The notes below the pieces were generated by a model. The model searched no databases and was not told the DNA's origin. It was given only the letters and a program-made list of their open reading frames with translations. From Promethearchaeum syntrophicum (GTDB taxonomy: Archaea; Asgardarchaeota; Lokiarchaeia; Sigyniarchaeales; Promethearchaeaceae), in the NCBI RefSeq assembly GCF_008000775.2, contig NZ_CP042905.2, forward strand, positions 1,110,001 to 1,142,000: a DNA stretch of 32,000 nt, given 5' to 3'. Positions within the stretch are counted from its first letter, which is position 1. Each line of letters opens with the position of its first letter. This document shows, piece by piece, positions 17,611 through 25,956 of the stretch. The position numbers and the translations under genes are program-made.

Positions 17611-19002
17611 ATGCAAGGTCTCATCCACCCAGAAGAAACTTCCACTTTCGATAAAAAACTTAAGTTTAATGCCCCCGCAGACTACAGAGAACAATTCATG
17701 AACTGGCACACCGCTCAGAAAATCACCAAAGGAGTTGAAAATTATTACCTAGGAGATGCAATGCATATTAGATCCGTCCTAATCAACTATAAGTCTTCCG
17801 AACCTCTTAAAAAATTCGATAATACATGGTTGCGCAATAAAAAAGCAGGATTATATTACCTATTCTCCAAAAACTCCATCAGAAACAAGGAAAGTGTTAT
17901 ATCCGATTTTTCATATTTCGATCATCCAAATAATGGAAAATCATGGAAAACCTCGGGAAATGAACGAAATGGAAATCAACCCATCACCCAAAGAATGAAA
18001 TCGACAAACAATCATGTGAAATCCAGACTCGCTGTTGATTATGAATATGACTCCTTTCCGATCGGCCACCCTGAAAATCCATTCACCAACGCTTTCGTCA
18101 TCGACTTCTACGGAGAAATTCAAAATGATCCTATTAAAACTGCTGCAGGGACCCTAAGATCAAGAGTTTCGTATGAAGACTACATCAAATATATTAATGG
18201 AGTCAAAAATAAAATGCTTGACCTCAAAAAGGATTACGACTTTCTCAGTCACTCTCAAGTTTTACCTGACATGCCGGTAACTGAATTCGCCCGTCTTTTC
18301 AATTCTCACAGCCAAGTGAATTATTATGGAACCAGAGCAATGAAACGAATGAAAGGATGCTGGGCAGATACCTTCATCGAATTCAATAACCTTGGAACTC
18401 TACTTCGTTTCCAAATTGAATTCCTTGGAACCGATGAAAAAATCTATAAAAAGGTTAAACAGAACGACAACGAAGGAGGATTCAATCCGGAAAAAATGCC
18501 GACACTTTACGTCTGTGACTCTCCCACAGAAAAAGTCAAATTCTTAGAAGATCATAAAAATATCGGTTTTAACTCCCCGATACTCACGAAGGCCGAATAC
18601 TTCACCCTAATGAAAGCATGGTGGTACGCATACGCCGAAATGACCAACAACGGGCAGGATCGGAGCACTTTCAGTTTTCAATCCTTTATCACACAGCTCC
18701 ACGCTAAAGCCGATGATTGGCACATTGATGCCTTTACCGCCCAAATGGTTATGGGATCATTTGGATATGGAGTGAATGAACAAAATCTTGGAATTCGATT
18801 CAGTGGTAATCCTGCTGAAGAATTGGGAACATTTAAATGGAAGAGTGAAAATAAAAAGAACCCAAAATACGATTTCAATTATGAAGCCCAATCTTCCGAT
18901 ATCGCCCTCGATTTTACCACTTTCCTCTACCTATCCGGAGATCCCGAAATGCTCTCCTATATTCGATTCCACCTATGGAAACCCGAATGGGGTACAACTT
19001 AG
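17611..19002 (+). CDS. Hypothetical protein, no recognisable domain
   Basis: 463-aa uninterrupted ORF of ordinary globular composition, rich in W/Y/F/N. I recognise no motif. A T11 run lies at 19040-19050 downstream. Confidence 0.7.
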   Translation: MQGLIHPEETSTFDKKLKFNAPADYREQFMNWHTAQKITKGVENYYLGDAMHIRSVLINYKSSEPLKKFDNTWLRNKKAGLYYLFSKNSIRNKESVISDFSYFDHPNNGKSWKTSGNERNGNQPITQRMKSTNNHVKSRLAVDYEYDSFPIGHPENPFTNAFVIDFYGEIQNDPIKTAAGTLRSRVSYEDYIKYINGVKNKMLDLKKDYDFLSHSQVLPDMPVTEFARLFNSHSQVNYYGTRAMKRMKGCWADTFIEFNNLGTLLRFQIEFLGTDEKIYKKVKQNDNEGGFNPEKMPTLYVCDSPTEKVKFLEDHKNIGFNSPILTKAEYFTLMKAWWYAYAEMTNNGQDRSTFSFQSFITQLHAKADDWHIDAFTAQMVMGSFGYGVNEQNLGIRFSGNPAEELGTFKWKSENKKNPKYDFNYEAQSSDIALDFTTFLYLSGDPEMLSYIRFHLWKPEWGTT

Positions 19003-19145
19003 TCAACTTTTTGTATTTATTTTCGCTTTAATATTTCACTTTTTTTTTTTATAAAATTTAAGAGAAAATTAATCTGATTCATTATTATCAAGATAATAAT
19101 GCTTAAATATCTGTAATTCCCCTATATCTATAAGGAAAGCTAAAA

Positions 19146-20318
19146 ATGTCAGAATATATTAGAAATGTAATCCTAACTTCCAATCCGGCTTATAGTAAAT
19201 TACCTAAAAATGTACCTAATCTAAAAAAAATTTCAATTTGGTTCTATAATACTTCTGAAAAAATGAATAATAATAAAAATAGAACTCGATATAACATTCA
19301 ATCATTTAAAGATCTGCCTGAAAAATTACCCAACCTTGAATCTATAGAATTTCACAAATCAAATATCCCAAAATTCGATGATTTACCCAAAAAACTGCCA
19401 AATCTTAAAAATATCGAATTCAATAATTCAAATATCACTAATTTCGAAAATCTAACCGCAGAAATGCCCAAACTTAAATGGTTAAGTTTCTCTGATTGTC
19501 GCATCCACAATTTCCTTGGATTCCCCTCTAATATTGGATTATCCGCTCATCACACCCAAATCACCTCATTTGAAGGACTCAACCTTCCCGTCCCCCATGA
19601 TGTCTATATGGACGAAAATTCCAACACACTAATAAAAGAAAATCTCATTAATCTCACTAACTGCACTATCCGCTCATTGGGTGGTGTATCTCGCTCTACA
19701 CTACAAGCTCTTCTCATTGCCATCCTAAGCAAAGATTATCCTCCTTCAAATCCCAAATATCCCAAAAAAAATAAACTCGACTTACACCCAACTGGCTTTA
19801 AACTCATTCAAAAATCCATCAATCACGAAATTGAACGCAGGTACTCCCCAAAATACCACAAATCCTGGCCCAGAATTGAAGGTCAATCTCAACCGTTTCC
19901 CGAAGACCTCCCCCTTGAGCTAAGATCTCGGACATGCATCAGAATACCGGATTTCTTTGTCAATGATTGGAAACTTTTTCATTCAAGCAGTATGTATAAT
20001 CGCTACGAACAAATGGAACTCCACGCACAAAAGAATGATTGGATCTATGGCTTTAATCTAATGGACAGACTCTTCATCCCCGAAAAACTCGACCGCTTAT
20101 ACGAATACTTCAAAAAAACCACCCAACAACTCGCTCAAGATTATATTACCGCCCCTGAAAGCATTCCTCCCGAACAAATTGAACGCCTTGTGCATGAAAT
20201 AAATCCCAAAATCCGAAAAATACTCGAAAATAATTTACCGCCTTCAGACTCGATAATAAAAAGAATATCCACTAAATTTTCTTTCAGAACGGAAAATGGG
20301 CTCACTCTCCTAAAATAA
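19146..20318 (+). CDS. Leucine-rich repeat (LRR) protein with an unknown C-terminal domain
   Basis: 390 aa. The N-terminal half has about 6-7 LRR units of about 23 aa: LPKNVPNLKKISIWFYN, LPEKLPNLESIEFHKSNIPKFDD, LPKKLPNLKNIEFNNSNITNFEN, LTAEMPKLKWLSFSDCRIHNF, and more. The C-terminal 200 aa or so carry no recognised motif. Confidence 0.8.
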   Translation: MSEYIRNVILTSNPAYSKLPKNVPNLKKISIWFYNTSEKMNNNKNRTRYNIQSFKDLPEKLPNLESIEFHKSNIPKFDDLPKKLPNLKNIEFNNSNITNFENLTAEMPKLKWLSFSDCRIHNFLGFPSNIGLSAHHTQITSFEGLNLPVPHDVYMDENSNTLIKENLINLTNCTIRSLGGVSRSTLQALLIAILSKDYPPSNPKYPKKNKLDLHPTGFKLIQKSINHEIERRYSPKYHKSWPRIEGQSQPFPEDLPLELRSRTCIRIPDFFVNDWKLFHSSSMYNRYEQMELHAQKNDWIYGFNLMDRLFIPEKLDRLYEYFKKTTQQLAQDYITAPESIPPEQIERLVHEINPKIRKILENNLPPSDSIIKRISTKFSFRTENGLTLLK

Positions 20319-20427
20319 TGCTAAAACACTATTCGTTTTTTTCCATTATCTCTTATTACCAAAATATAGACCATTCATTTTTTTTTCCTAAAATGCAATT
20401 TTCGGCGTTTAAACGAATCTGGAGAAA

Positions 20428-20566
20428 AGATAACACAACCACTTTTGAAGATTTTTTTTTTTCGCAACGCTAACACAACCACTTTGTCTAAAAAAGGTCC
20501 AAAAAAAAAGATAAGGCACCCCACTTCGTCCAGAAAAAGGTCCAGAAAAAAGATAACGTAACCACT
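20428..20566. repeat. Four degenerate copies of a 16-17-nt motif (AGATAACACAACCACT-like) at about 41-bp spacing
   Basis: Copies: agataacacaaccact (20428-20443), cgctaacacaaccact (20468-20483), agataaggcaccccact (20509-20525), agataacgtaaccact (20551-20566). Units 3 and 4 also share aaaaaggtcca(g)aaaaaa upstream of the core. Confidence 0.85.
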
Positions 20567-20688
20567 AATATCCATATTTTTTAGAAGGATTATTTACACT
20601 TTTCACATTTATTGGTGTGATTCGTGTTAATCCTTTTTGTTTTTCCACTATATATTCTTTATTTTATTGTATAAAGAAGGAATCATAT

Positions 20689-20718
20689 AGAAGAGGGGAG
20701 GGAGAGGAGGAGGGGGAG
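20689..20718 (+). other. 30-nt uninterrupted polypurine tract with 20 G (potential G-quadruplex or triplex-forming element)
   Basis: The sequence is ag aagaggggag ggagaggagg agggggag. G-runs are GGGG, GGG, GG, GG, GGGGG. It is striking in very AT-rich, non-coding surroundings. Confidence 0.8.
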
Positions 20719-20942
20719 TAAAAAAAATTTTTATTTTTTATTTTCGAATTTTATAAACCCTCTTCTTAATGGAAGTTCATGAATAAAGACAAAATCGAAT
20801 CTTCCCAGATGAATCTAAAACGCTTCACATCTGATGATGGAGTAGAAATCGCCCATTATAAACCATCCTAAGTGCGGGAAATATCCCTTAATATCTCACA
20901 TCCCAATCAAGCAAGGCGGAAACAGGTGAGTTGGTGAATTAA

Positions 20943-21046
20943 GTTTTATCTGTTGGAATATTTTTATTTCGAAGTTGTTTTATCTTTTGGTAAGATCTCT
21001 TATCTTCTAACGTTTTGTATTGGTTAGAGATCAAACTTAATTATCT
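20943..21046. repeat. Cluster of four TTATCT-containing motifs, inverted relative to the AGATAA array
   Basis: TTATCT occurs at 20946, 20980, 21000 and 21041. gttttatctgttgg (20943-20956) and gttttatcttttgg (20977-20990) differ at 1 of 14 positions. By hand alignment, 20970-20985 matches the reverse complement of unit 1 (agtggttgtgttatct) at 12 of 16 positions. Confidence 0.6.
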
Positions 21047-21070
21047 ATAATCCAATTATAAATCAGTGTT

Positions 21071-22348
21071 TTGAAAAAATTTGAAAACTACAAAAATAAA
21101 AAAAATACTACAAAAAAGGTTTTTATTATGCTCGAAGAAAATAATGAAGAAGAAGAGGAAGAACCCGTCGAAGATTTTACTGACTTAGACGCGGTTGTGG
21201 ATGAAGTACAAGACCTAGAAATCGGAGTCGATGATGATTCGCTCGATTACGACGATTTCTCAGCCGAAGACATCGACGGAGAAAAGGAGGCAGTACTTAT
21301 GAGTAAGCAATGGTATAAACGAATCGAAGTCGATATGTGGATGACAAAAGCTCACATGGCAACCATGGGAATAAGGCAGCAGGACCAATACCGTGCCCAG
21401 AGCCGCCAGTACACAGCCAATATGGAAGTAAAAGGGGATATTACATTTTATGCGTATAGCCCTGAGGATTTGAACAAACCGTTTAAAGAAAGGAAAAGAC
21501 CTGTCAAAGTATTGGATTACAAAGAGATTGTCGGCTATAATAAAGGATTTTGGGATTATGATGACAAGAAATCATCTATATACAGACAAGCCGAGAAATC
21601 TGCAGAAGATTATGATCCAGCAGAATACGCAAAATTATTACGTCGTTTAGTGATAAAGACATTTTCTGAACTCAAACGTGATAAGAAGAAGAAAGGTCAT
21701 GCTGGGAGATGGCGTGGAACTATGGAAGAAAGTGTTGTACTAGGTATAAATGCAATGTTCGGAGAGAACAGGGGAAAACCTCGCCCATATTTCTTTTTAA
21801 ATTTACCTGGGTATAATTATCGGCTAGCACTTTGGCGTACAAACACCATTATTGGAGATAGGTATGTGTTTACCGTTCCACATCCAAAAACAGGGGAATT
21901 AACAACTTTCAGGATAAAAGGGCGCAGATTTACTCCAGGAAAAGATTTCAAAGTATTCAATGCGGAAACTGGGGAAAAAGTAGCAGAAATTGACGATCGA
22001 AAATTGAATATTGGTGGAAGAATGACTATAAGATTTAGAGGCGAAGAACAATTTGAGGATCTTAATCGCTCCACGGTATTTCGTAGGACTTTAATAATGT
22101 TCGCAATTATGGTTAAGTTTTTAAGACCAATCAACAGGAAATATAGAAGACTTTACCGGGGCTTAAAGAAGAAAAAGAAATATTTGAAGGCTCTAAACAG
22201 AGCTAAGAAAACTCAAGACACAGCAAAGGTAGATGCAGTTAAGTTGAAGTACCAAGATGTTCAGAGAGAATGCAAGATGCTCAAAGCTATAGAGGTAACG
22301 AACTCCGAATTGACATTGCACTTTAATCCACGTAGAATTAGAACTTAA
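21071..22348 (+). CDS. Hypothetical protein with acidic N-terminus, beta-rich core, hydrophobic helix and basic C-terminal tail (possible scramblase/LOR/Tubby-like fold)
   Basis: 425-aa ORF from TTG 21071. ATG 21129 (MLEENNEEEEEE) is the more likely start. The acidic D/E run is followed by repeated beta-hairpin-like segments (FKVFNAETGEKVAEIDDRKLNIGGRMTIRF). Next come a hydrophobic helix (TVFRRTLIMFAIMVKFL) and a K/R-rich tail. A T10 run follows the stop. Confidence 0.7.
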   Translation: MKKFENYKNKKNTTKKVFIMLEENNEEEEEEPVEDFTDLDAVVDEVQDLEIGVDDDSLDYDDFSAEDIDGEKEAVLMSKQWYKRIEVDMWMTKAHMATMGIRQQDQYRAQSRQYTANMEVKGDITFYAYSPEDLNKPFKERKRPVKVLDYKEIVGYNKGFWDYDDKKSSIYRQAEKSAEDYDPAEYAKLLRRLVIKTFSELKRDKKKKGHAGRWRGTMEESVVLGINAMFGENRGKPRPYFFLNLPGYNYRLALWRTNTIIGDRYVFTVPHPKTGELTTFRIKGRRFTPGKDFKVFNAETGEKVAEIDDRKLNIGGRMTIRFRGEEQFEDLNRSTVFRRTLIMFAIMVKFLRPINRKYRRLYRGLKKKKKYLKALNRAKKTQDTAKVDAVKLKYQDVQRECKMLKAIEVTNSELTLHFNPRRIRT

Positions 22349-22397
22349 TTCTAAGACATTTTTTTTTTCTGTCTTTTTTATTTCATTTCCAATAAAC

Positions 22398-23762
22398 TTA
22401 ATCCGAGATTTCAGCCCCGAGATATTTCAAATCTTTAAAAAAATCAGGATATGAATCATTTGCTATTTTGGGATTCACAATAGTTGTTTCTGAGCGCGCA
22501 TATAATGCTGCTATTGTTAAAGCCATCGCAATTCTATGATCATCTTCATGGTTAATTCTAATACCTTGAATTTGTTGCGGGCCTTCTATCACGATTGCAT
22601 TGTTATCTTCAATTAATTCAATTATTGCGCCCATTTTCTGCAGTTCTCTTATCATAATTGAAACTCTATCTGATTCTTTAGTTCTTACGTGGTTTAAATT
22701 GTATAAAATTGTATTGTTATTTGCGAATAGACCGATTACACATAGGATTGGAAATAGATCAGGGATTTCTTTGCAATCAATTTTTACCCCATCGAGAAAT
22801 TTTCCCCCTTTGATGACTACAATTTTAGATTTTTCATCAACCTCTATATTCGCATTCATTTTTTGGAGGATTTTAATCAACATTTTATCACCTTGTTTTG
22901 ATTTCGAGTCCAACTTAGAAATTTTGACCTCATTAGGAAAGGGGTTTAGGGCGGCAGCAGCAATAATAAAAGCGGCTGAGGAATAATCTCCTGGAATTTT
23001 AATTTTTTTACCTTTATATTTTTGATCTGCGGGTATAGTGTATCGCATGAGATTTTCAGAATTAGAATCCAATTGGAAGGAAATACCGAATTTATCCATA
23101 ATATCTTCGGTAATTTTTAAATACGGAGTGGATATTGTAGGTGTAGTTAAATTTATGATTGAGTTTGGATATGATGGAGTGGATTTTAAATTTGGGGCTA
23201 ATAATAATAACCCCGATATAAATTGACTGCTAATATTTCCTTGTATTTTAAATTCCGTTGCATTTGAATACCGAGTGTCAATTTTTATTCCAAAATTTTT
23301 ATCCAGATCTTCCCAAGAAATATCTAAAGGTGATAAGGCTTCTAATAATGGTTTTAAGGGACGTTTTAAATTAAAAAATCTTCCTGACATGGTAATATGT
23401 CCAGAAATGAGTGGGGTTAGAGCTGTCAACATACGGATGGATGTTCCTGAATTTTTTCCCTCGAGAAATTCGATTGGGGTTTTTAAACTTAAAGGTGGAA
23501 CAATTTCATAAATAGAATCTGTATCTGATATATCTGCAATAATTTTTTCATCTTTCACTCTAGATTTTTCAATTTTTTCGATTTTTGCCCCTAAAGATTT
23601 ACAAAAATTAATTGTTACCTCCAAATCGCCAGATATTAATGGATTTATAATATAGGATGGTGTTTTTGCCATTAAAGCAAAGAAAAAAGCTCTGTGAGAA
23701 TAACTTTTGGAAGGAGAAGAGGTAATATTTCCTTCAAAATTGATCAAAGGTTGAATTTTCAT
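22398..23762 (-). CDS. aroA: 3-phosphoshikimate 1-carboxyvinyltransferase (EPSP synthase)
   Basis: 454 aa. Motifs: SKSYSHRAFFFALMA, GNSGTSIRMLTAL, RTKESDR, DHRIAMALTIAAL. Confidence 0.95.
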   Translation of the reverse strand: MKIQPLINFEGNITSSPSKSYSHRAFFFALMAKTPSYIINPLISGDLEVTINFCKSLGAKIEKIEKSRVKDEKIIADISDTDSIYEIVPPLSLKTPIEFLEGKNSGTSIRMLTALTPLISGHITMSGRFFNLKRPLKPLLEALSPLDISWEDLDKNFGIKIDTRYSNATEFKIQGNISSQFISGLLLLAPNLKSTPSYPNSIINLTTPTISTPYLKITEDIMDKFGISFQLDSNSENLMRYTIPADQKYKGKKIKIPGDYSSAAFIIAAAALNPFPNEVKISKLDSKSKQGDKMLIKILQKMNANIEVDEKSKIVVIKGGKFLDGVKIDCKEIPDLFPILCVIGLFANNNTILYNLNHVRTKESDRVSIMIRELQKMGAIIELIEDNNAIVIEGPQQIQGIRINHEDDHRIAMALTIAALYARSETTIVNPKIANDSYPDFFKDLKYLGAEISD

Positions 23763-23809
23763 CTTTTTTACCTATATTAAGTTCAGATAAAAAAAGAAAG
23801 GGGAAAAAA

Positions 23810-24421
23810 TTAGGTTGTAGCAATGAATAAAATCATTTCCGCTGCTTTATCATTGAAAGATTCCATTCCCCCTACACTTTCTGCACTAACGGTATAGAAT
23901 TCTTTGACTACAATGTTTCTTTTTGCAAAAAATTCTATAACTTCTGATTTCATGGATTCTACAGTTTGGGTTCTTTGGTTATCTGGTATCAAATCGATTT
24001 TATTAAAGCAAACATAGATTTGTTTTGGGAAGAATCTAACATCTCTGAAAAATTGAAATTGTTCTTTGACTGGGCGATCACAAGCGAAAACTGCAATTAT
24101 TTGTTTAGCGATTCTTGAAATTGTAATAACTCCCATCCTAACTACTGCTCTTCCTCGATCCCCACCTGGAGCGAAAAGTGTGTGATTACGTTTTAGTTCA
24201 TTCTCACGAAAAACAACTCGATTAGGATGAATAGTCTTTGTTTCTTTTATTCCGGTTTCCGGATCTAAAACTGCTTCTCCTGAAAAGTCTGTTTTAACAA
24301 CCGTGCAACTTTTTCCTCCTTTAACTTCATCAATTTTATTTGTTTTCAAGTATTTTACGAATAATCTTAGAATTGTCGTCTTTCCTACTGATACTGCTCC
24401 TAAAAGTCCTATATTTGTCAT
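23810..24421 (-). CDS. Small Ras-superfamily GTPase, MglA/COG2229-like, with a non-canonical G3 motif
   Basis: 203 aa. G1 is GAVSVGKT (aa 8-15), G4 is NKID (aa 140-143) and G5 is VSA (aa 178-180). The G3 position reads LFAPGGDRG instead of DxxGQ or (T/G)xPGQ. The start codon lies 3 nt after the upstream gene's stop, with a GGAGAGGG Shine-Dalgarno-like sequence inside that gene. Confidence 0.85.
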   Translation of the reverse strand: MTNIGLLGAVSVGKTTILRLFVKYLKTNKIDEVKGGKSCTVVKTDFSGEAVLDPETGIKETKTIHPNRVVFRENELKRNHTLFAPGGDRGRAVVRMGVITISRIAKQIIAVFACDRPVKEQFQFFRDVRFFPKQIYVCFNKIDLIPDNQRTQTVESMKSEVIEFFAKRNIVVKEFYTVSAESVGGMESFNDKAAEMILFIATT

Positions 24422-24424
24422 GAT

Positions 24425-25258
24425 TTAACCCTCTCCTTCATCTATTTCTTCTATTTCTAATAATTTATTTAAAAATGTTTCATAATCGTCAACTAAAAAC
24501 TGCTCCAATATGGAATTATTATGGCAAACGATTAAAAGACCCAAAAGATCTTTGAAATTGGTTGATTCCCTAATAAATGTAAGTAAATTTTCTTCTGTTG
24601 GTTCAGCATCGAAGATTCGAGGGGGTTGCTCAAATCCAAATTTCTCTGTTGATGTTGGCAGCTTACTAAAGTATCCGAATGCCGTATTCCCTTCATGTTC
24701 AAAGAAAACAAAAAATCGTGATTTTAGATTGGGGACAAAATTAGAAAGAAACACAGTTGAATATAATTCTCCTAAAAATAAATCTTCATCTTGCCTCAAA
24801 GTATAGTATGGTGAAATTGGGCTTTTCAATCCCGGAGGAAACATTTCTGCCGGTGGTAGACTCACAAATGGTAATTTTTCTTCAATAATCATCCATAAGT
24901 CGTCACGTTCGTTGTGTAGCAAAATCTCCTTGACTTCTTCATATGCAAACTTAAAATCTGCTTGAAAGCTTATCAAACTTGATAAATATACAGATAAACA
25001 TGCAAAAGTTGCATCCAATTGGGGTTTTTTGGATGTTGAACTAGACGGTTTGACAGCCCCTCTCCAATCTCGAAGTGCGGTATAAGCCCACCCTCGTGTG
25101 TCGAAGAACTGTCCTGATAAAAGGATAAAGTTAATGTCTTGTTCTCTACCAAGCAATTCTCTAACTTTAAGGATTAAAGCCCTTTCGACTTTTTCATTAT
25201 TAAAACGTGAATGGATCTTTGGGTAAATAAGGATCGGTTTTTTTTTTTTTTTAGCCAT
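24425..25258 (-). CDS. Hypothetical 277-aa protein, translationally coupled to the GTPase (candidate GTPase partner)
   Basis: Uninterrupted ORF whose N-terminus MAKKKKKPIL is encoded by an A15 run. The C-terminal third alternates beta-like (RFFVFFEHEGNTAFGYF, LLGLLIVCH) and helical segments. I see no recognised motif. Confidence 0.7.
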   Translation of the reverse strand: MAKKKKKPILIYPKIHSRFNNEKVERALILKVRELLGREQDINFILLSGQFFDTRGWAYTALRDWRGAVKPSSSTSKKPQLDATFACLSVYLSSLISFQADFKFAYEEVKEILLHNERDDLWMIIEEKLPFVSLPPAEMFPPGLKSPISPYYTLRQDEDLFLGELYSTVFLSNFVPNLKSRFFVFFEHEGNTAFGYFSKLPTSTEKFGFEQPPRIFDAEPTEENLLTFIRESTNFKDLLGLLIVCHNNSILEQFLVDDYETFLNKLLEIEEIDEGEG

Positions 25259-25361
25259 TAATCTCGACTCTCTTTCTATAATTCAAAATGGTTGAGTTGT
25301 CCTTTAAAATTTTTGTTTCTGACAAATTATTAAATTTTTCTACAAATTTAAATTGATGTAC

Positions 25362-25898
25362 TTATTTATTGGTTAATTTTTCGACTGCTTTTGTTATAAA
25401 TTCGAAACTTTCATAAGATTTTACATTTTGTAGGCTAATAATTTCAATTATTTCATGATTCTCATATTTTTTCCGTGTTAGGTGAGTTCCTAGTTTTTCT
25501 TCTTTCTTTTTTAATTCCAGTAATACAGGTTTTACAAATTCATTAATATATTTTTCTTCAGTAATTTTTACAATTTCAGGGGACGGAAATCTAATCGATA
25601 TTGTGTCATTTTCAAATTTGATGACAGATAACAATTCTTCTGATTTTGAGAAAATTTTTTTAGTATAATCTACGTTGTTGAAACTTGATTTTGATTTAAA
25701 AGCAGCGGTTTCTGCATCAAGTAATGATGCAGCTGTCTTAAAACTCCCCGTTGAAATTAGAAGATTGAGTTTATCACTATTTTTAGTTAATAAAACAATT
25801 TCCTCATTAAGAACATTGATTTGATCTTTTTTTTGCTCGATAATTTTTTTCAGATCTTCTATTAGGTCTAATAGCTTTTTAATCTCGTTTTCCTTCAT
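25362..25898 (-). CDS. Hypothetical protein with an N-terminal coiled coil and a C-terminal alpha/beta domain
   Basis: 178 aa. The first 45 aa or so are heptad-like (IKKLLDLIEDLKKIIEQKKDQINVLNEEIVLL). The remainder is a mixed alpha/beta pattern with no recognised motif. It sits on the same strand as the GTPase cluster. Confidence 0.65.
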   Translation of the reverse strand: MKENEIKKLLDLIEDLKKIIEQKKDQINVLNEEIVLLTKNSDKLNLLISTGSFKTAASLLDAETAAFKSKSSFNNVDYTKKIFSKSEELLSVIKFENDTISIRFPSPEIVKITEEKYINEFVKPVLLELKKKEEKLGTHLTRKKYENHEIIEIISLQNVKSYESFEFITKAVEKLTNK

Positions 25899-25956
25899 CG
25901 ATCAATTATAGTGGTTAAAGTGTAAAAATAGTTTTTAAAAAAAAAATTAAGATTTC

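Noticed and set aside
20428-20566. Possible CRISPR array
   Set aside because: There are only four copies. The repeat core is short (16-17 nt) and degenerate, the spacers are partly conserved between units, and no cas genes or leader lie nearby.
20375-20575. 66-aa minus-strand ORF over the 41-bp motif array
   Set aside because: Its sequence (F/L/K-rich with internal repeats) just mirrors the DNA repeat and poly-A/T runs. It has no ribosome-binding context, so it is more likely non-coding.
20779-20871. 30-aa ORF (MNKDKIESSQMNLKRFTSDDGVEIAHYKPS) in the long intergenic region
   Set aside because: It is too short and featureless to support from sequence alone, and it has no clear ribosome-binding site.
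20830-20900. Possible C/D-box sRNA seeded by CTGATGATGG at 20831-20840
   Set aside because: A C-box-like TGATGA is present, but I found no D-box CUGA at the expected 50-60 nt distance and no C'/D' pair or terminal stem.
17317-22348. Interpretation of the unknown-gene block as an integrated provirus or mobile island
   Set aside because: The window shows no integrase, transposase, capsid-like or terminase-like ORF, no flanking tRNA and no direct att-like repeats. Only the compositional skew of three genes hints at foreign origin, so I report it as a finding rather than as a mobile element.
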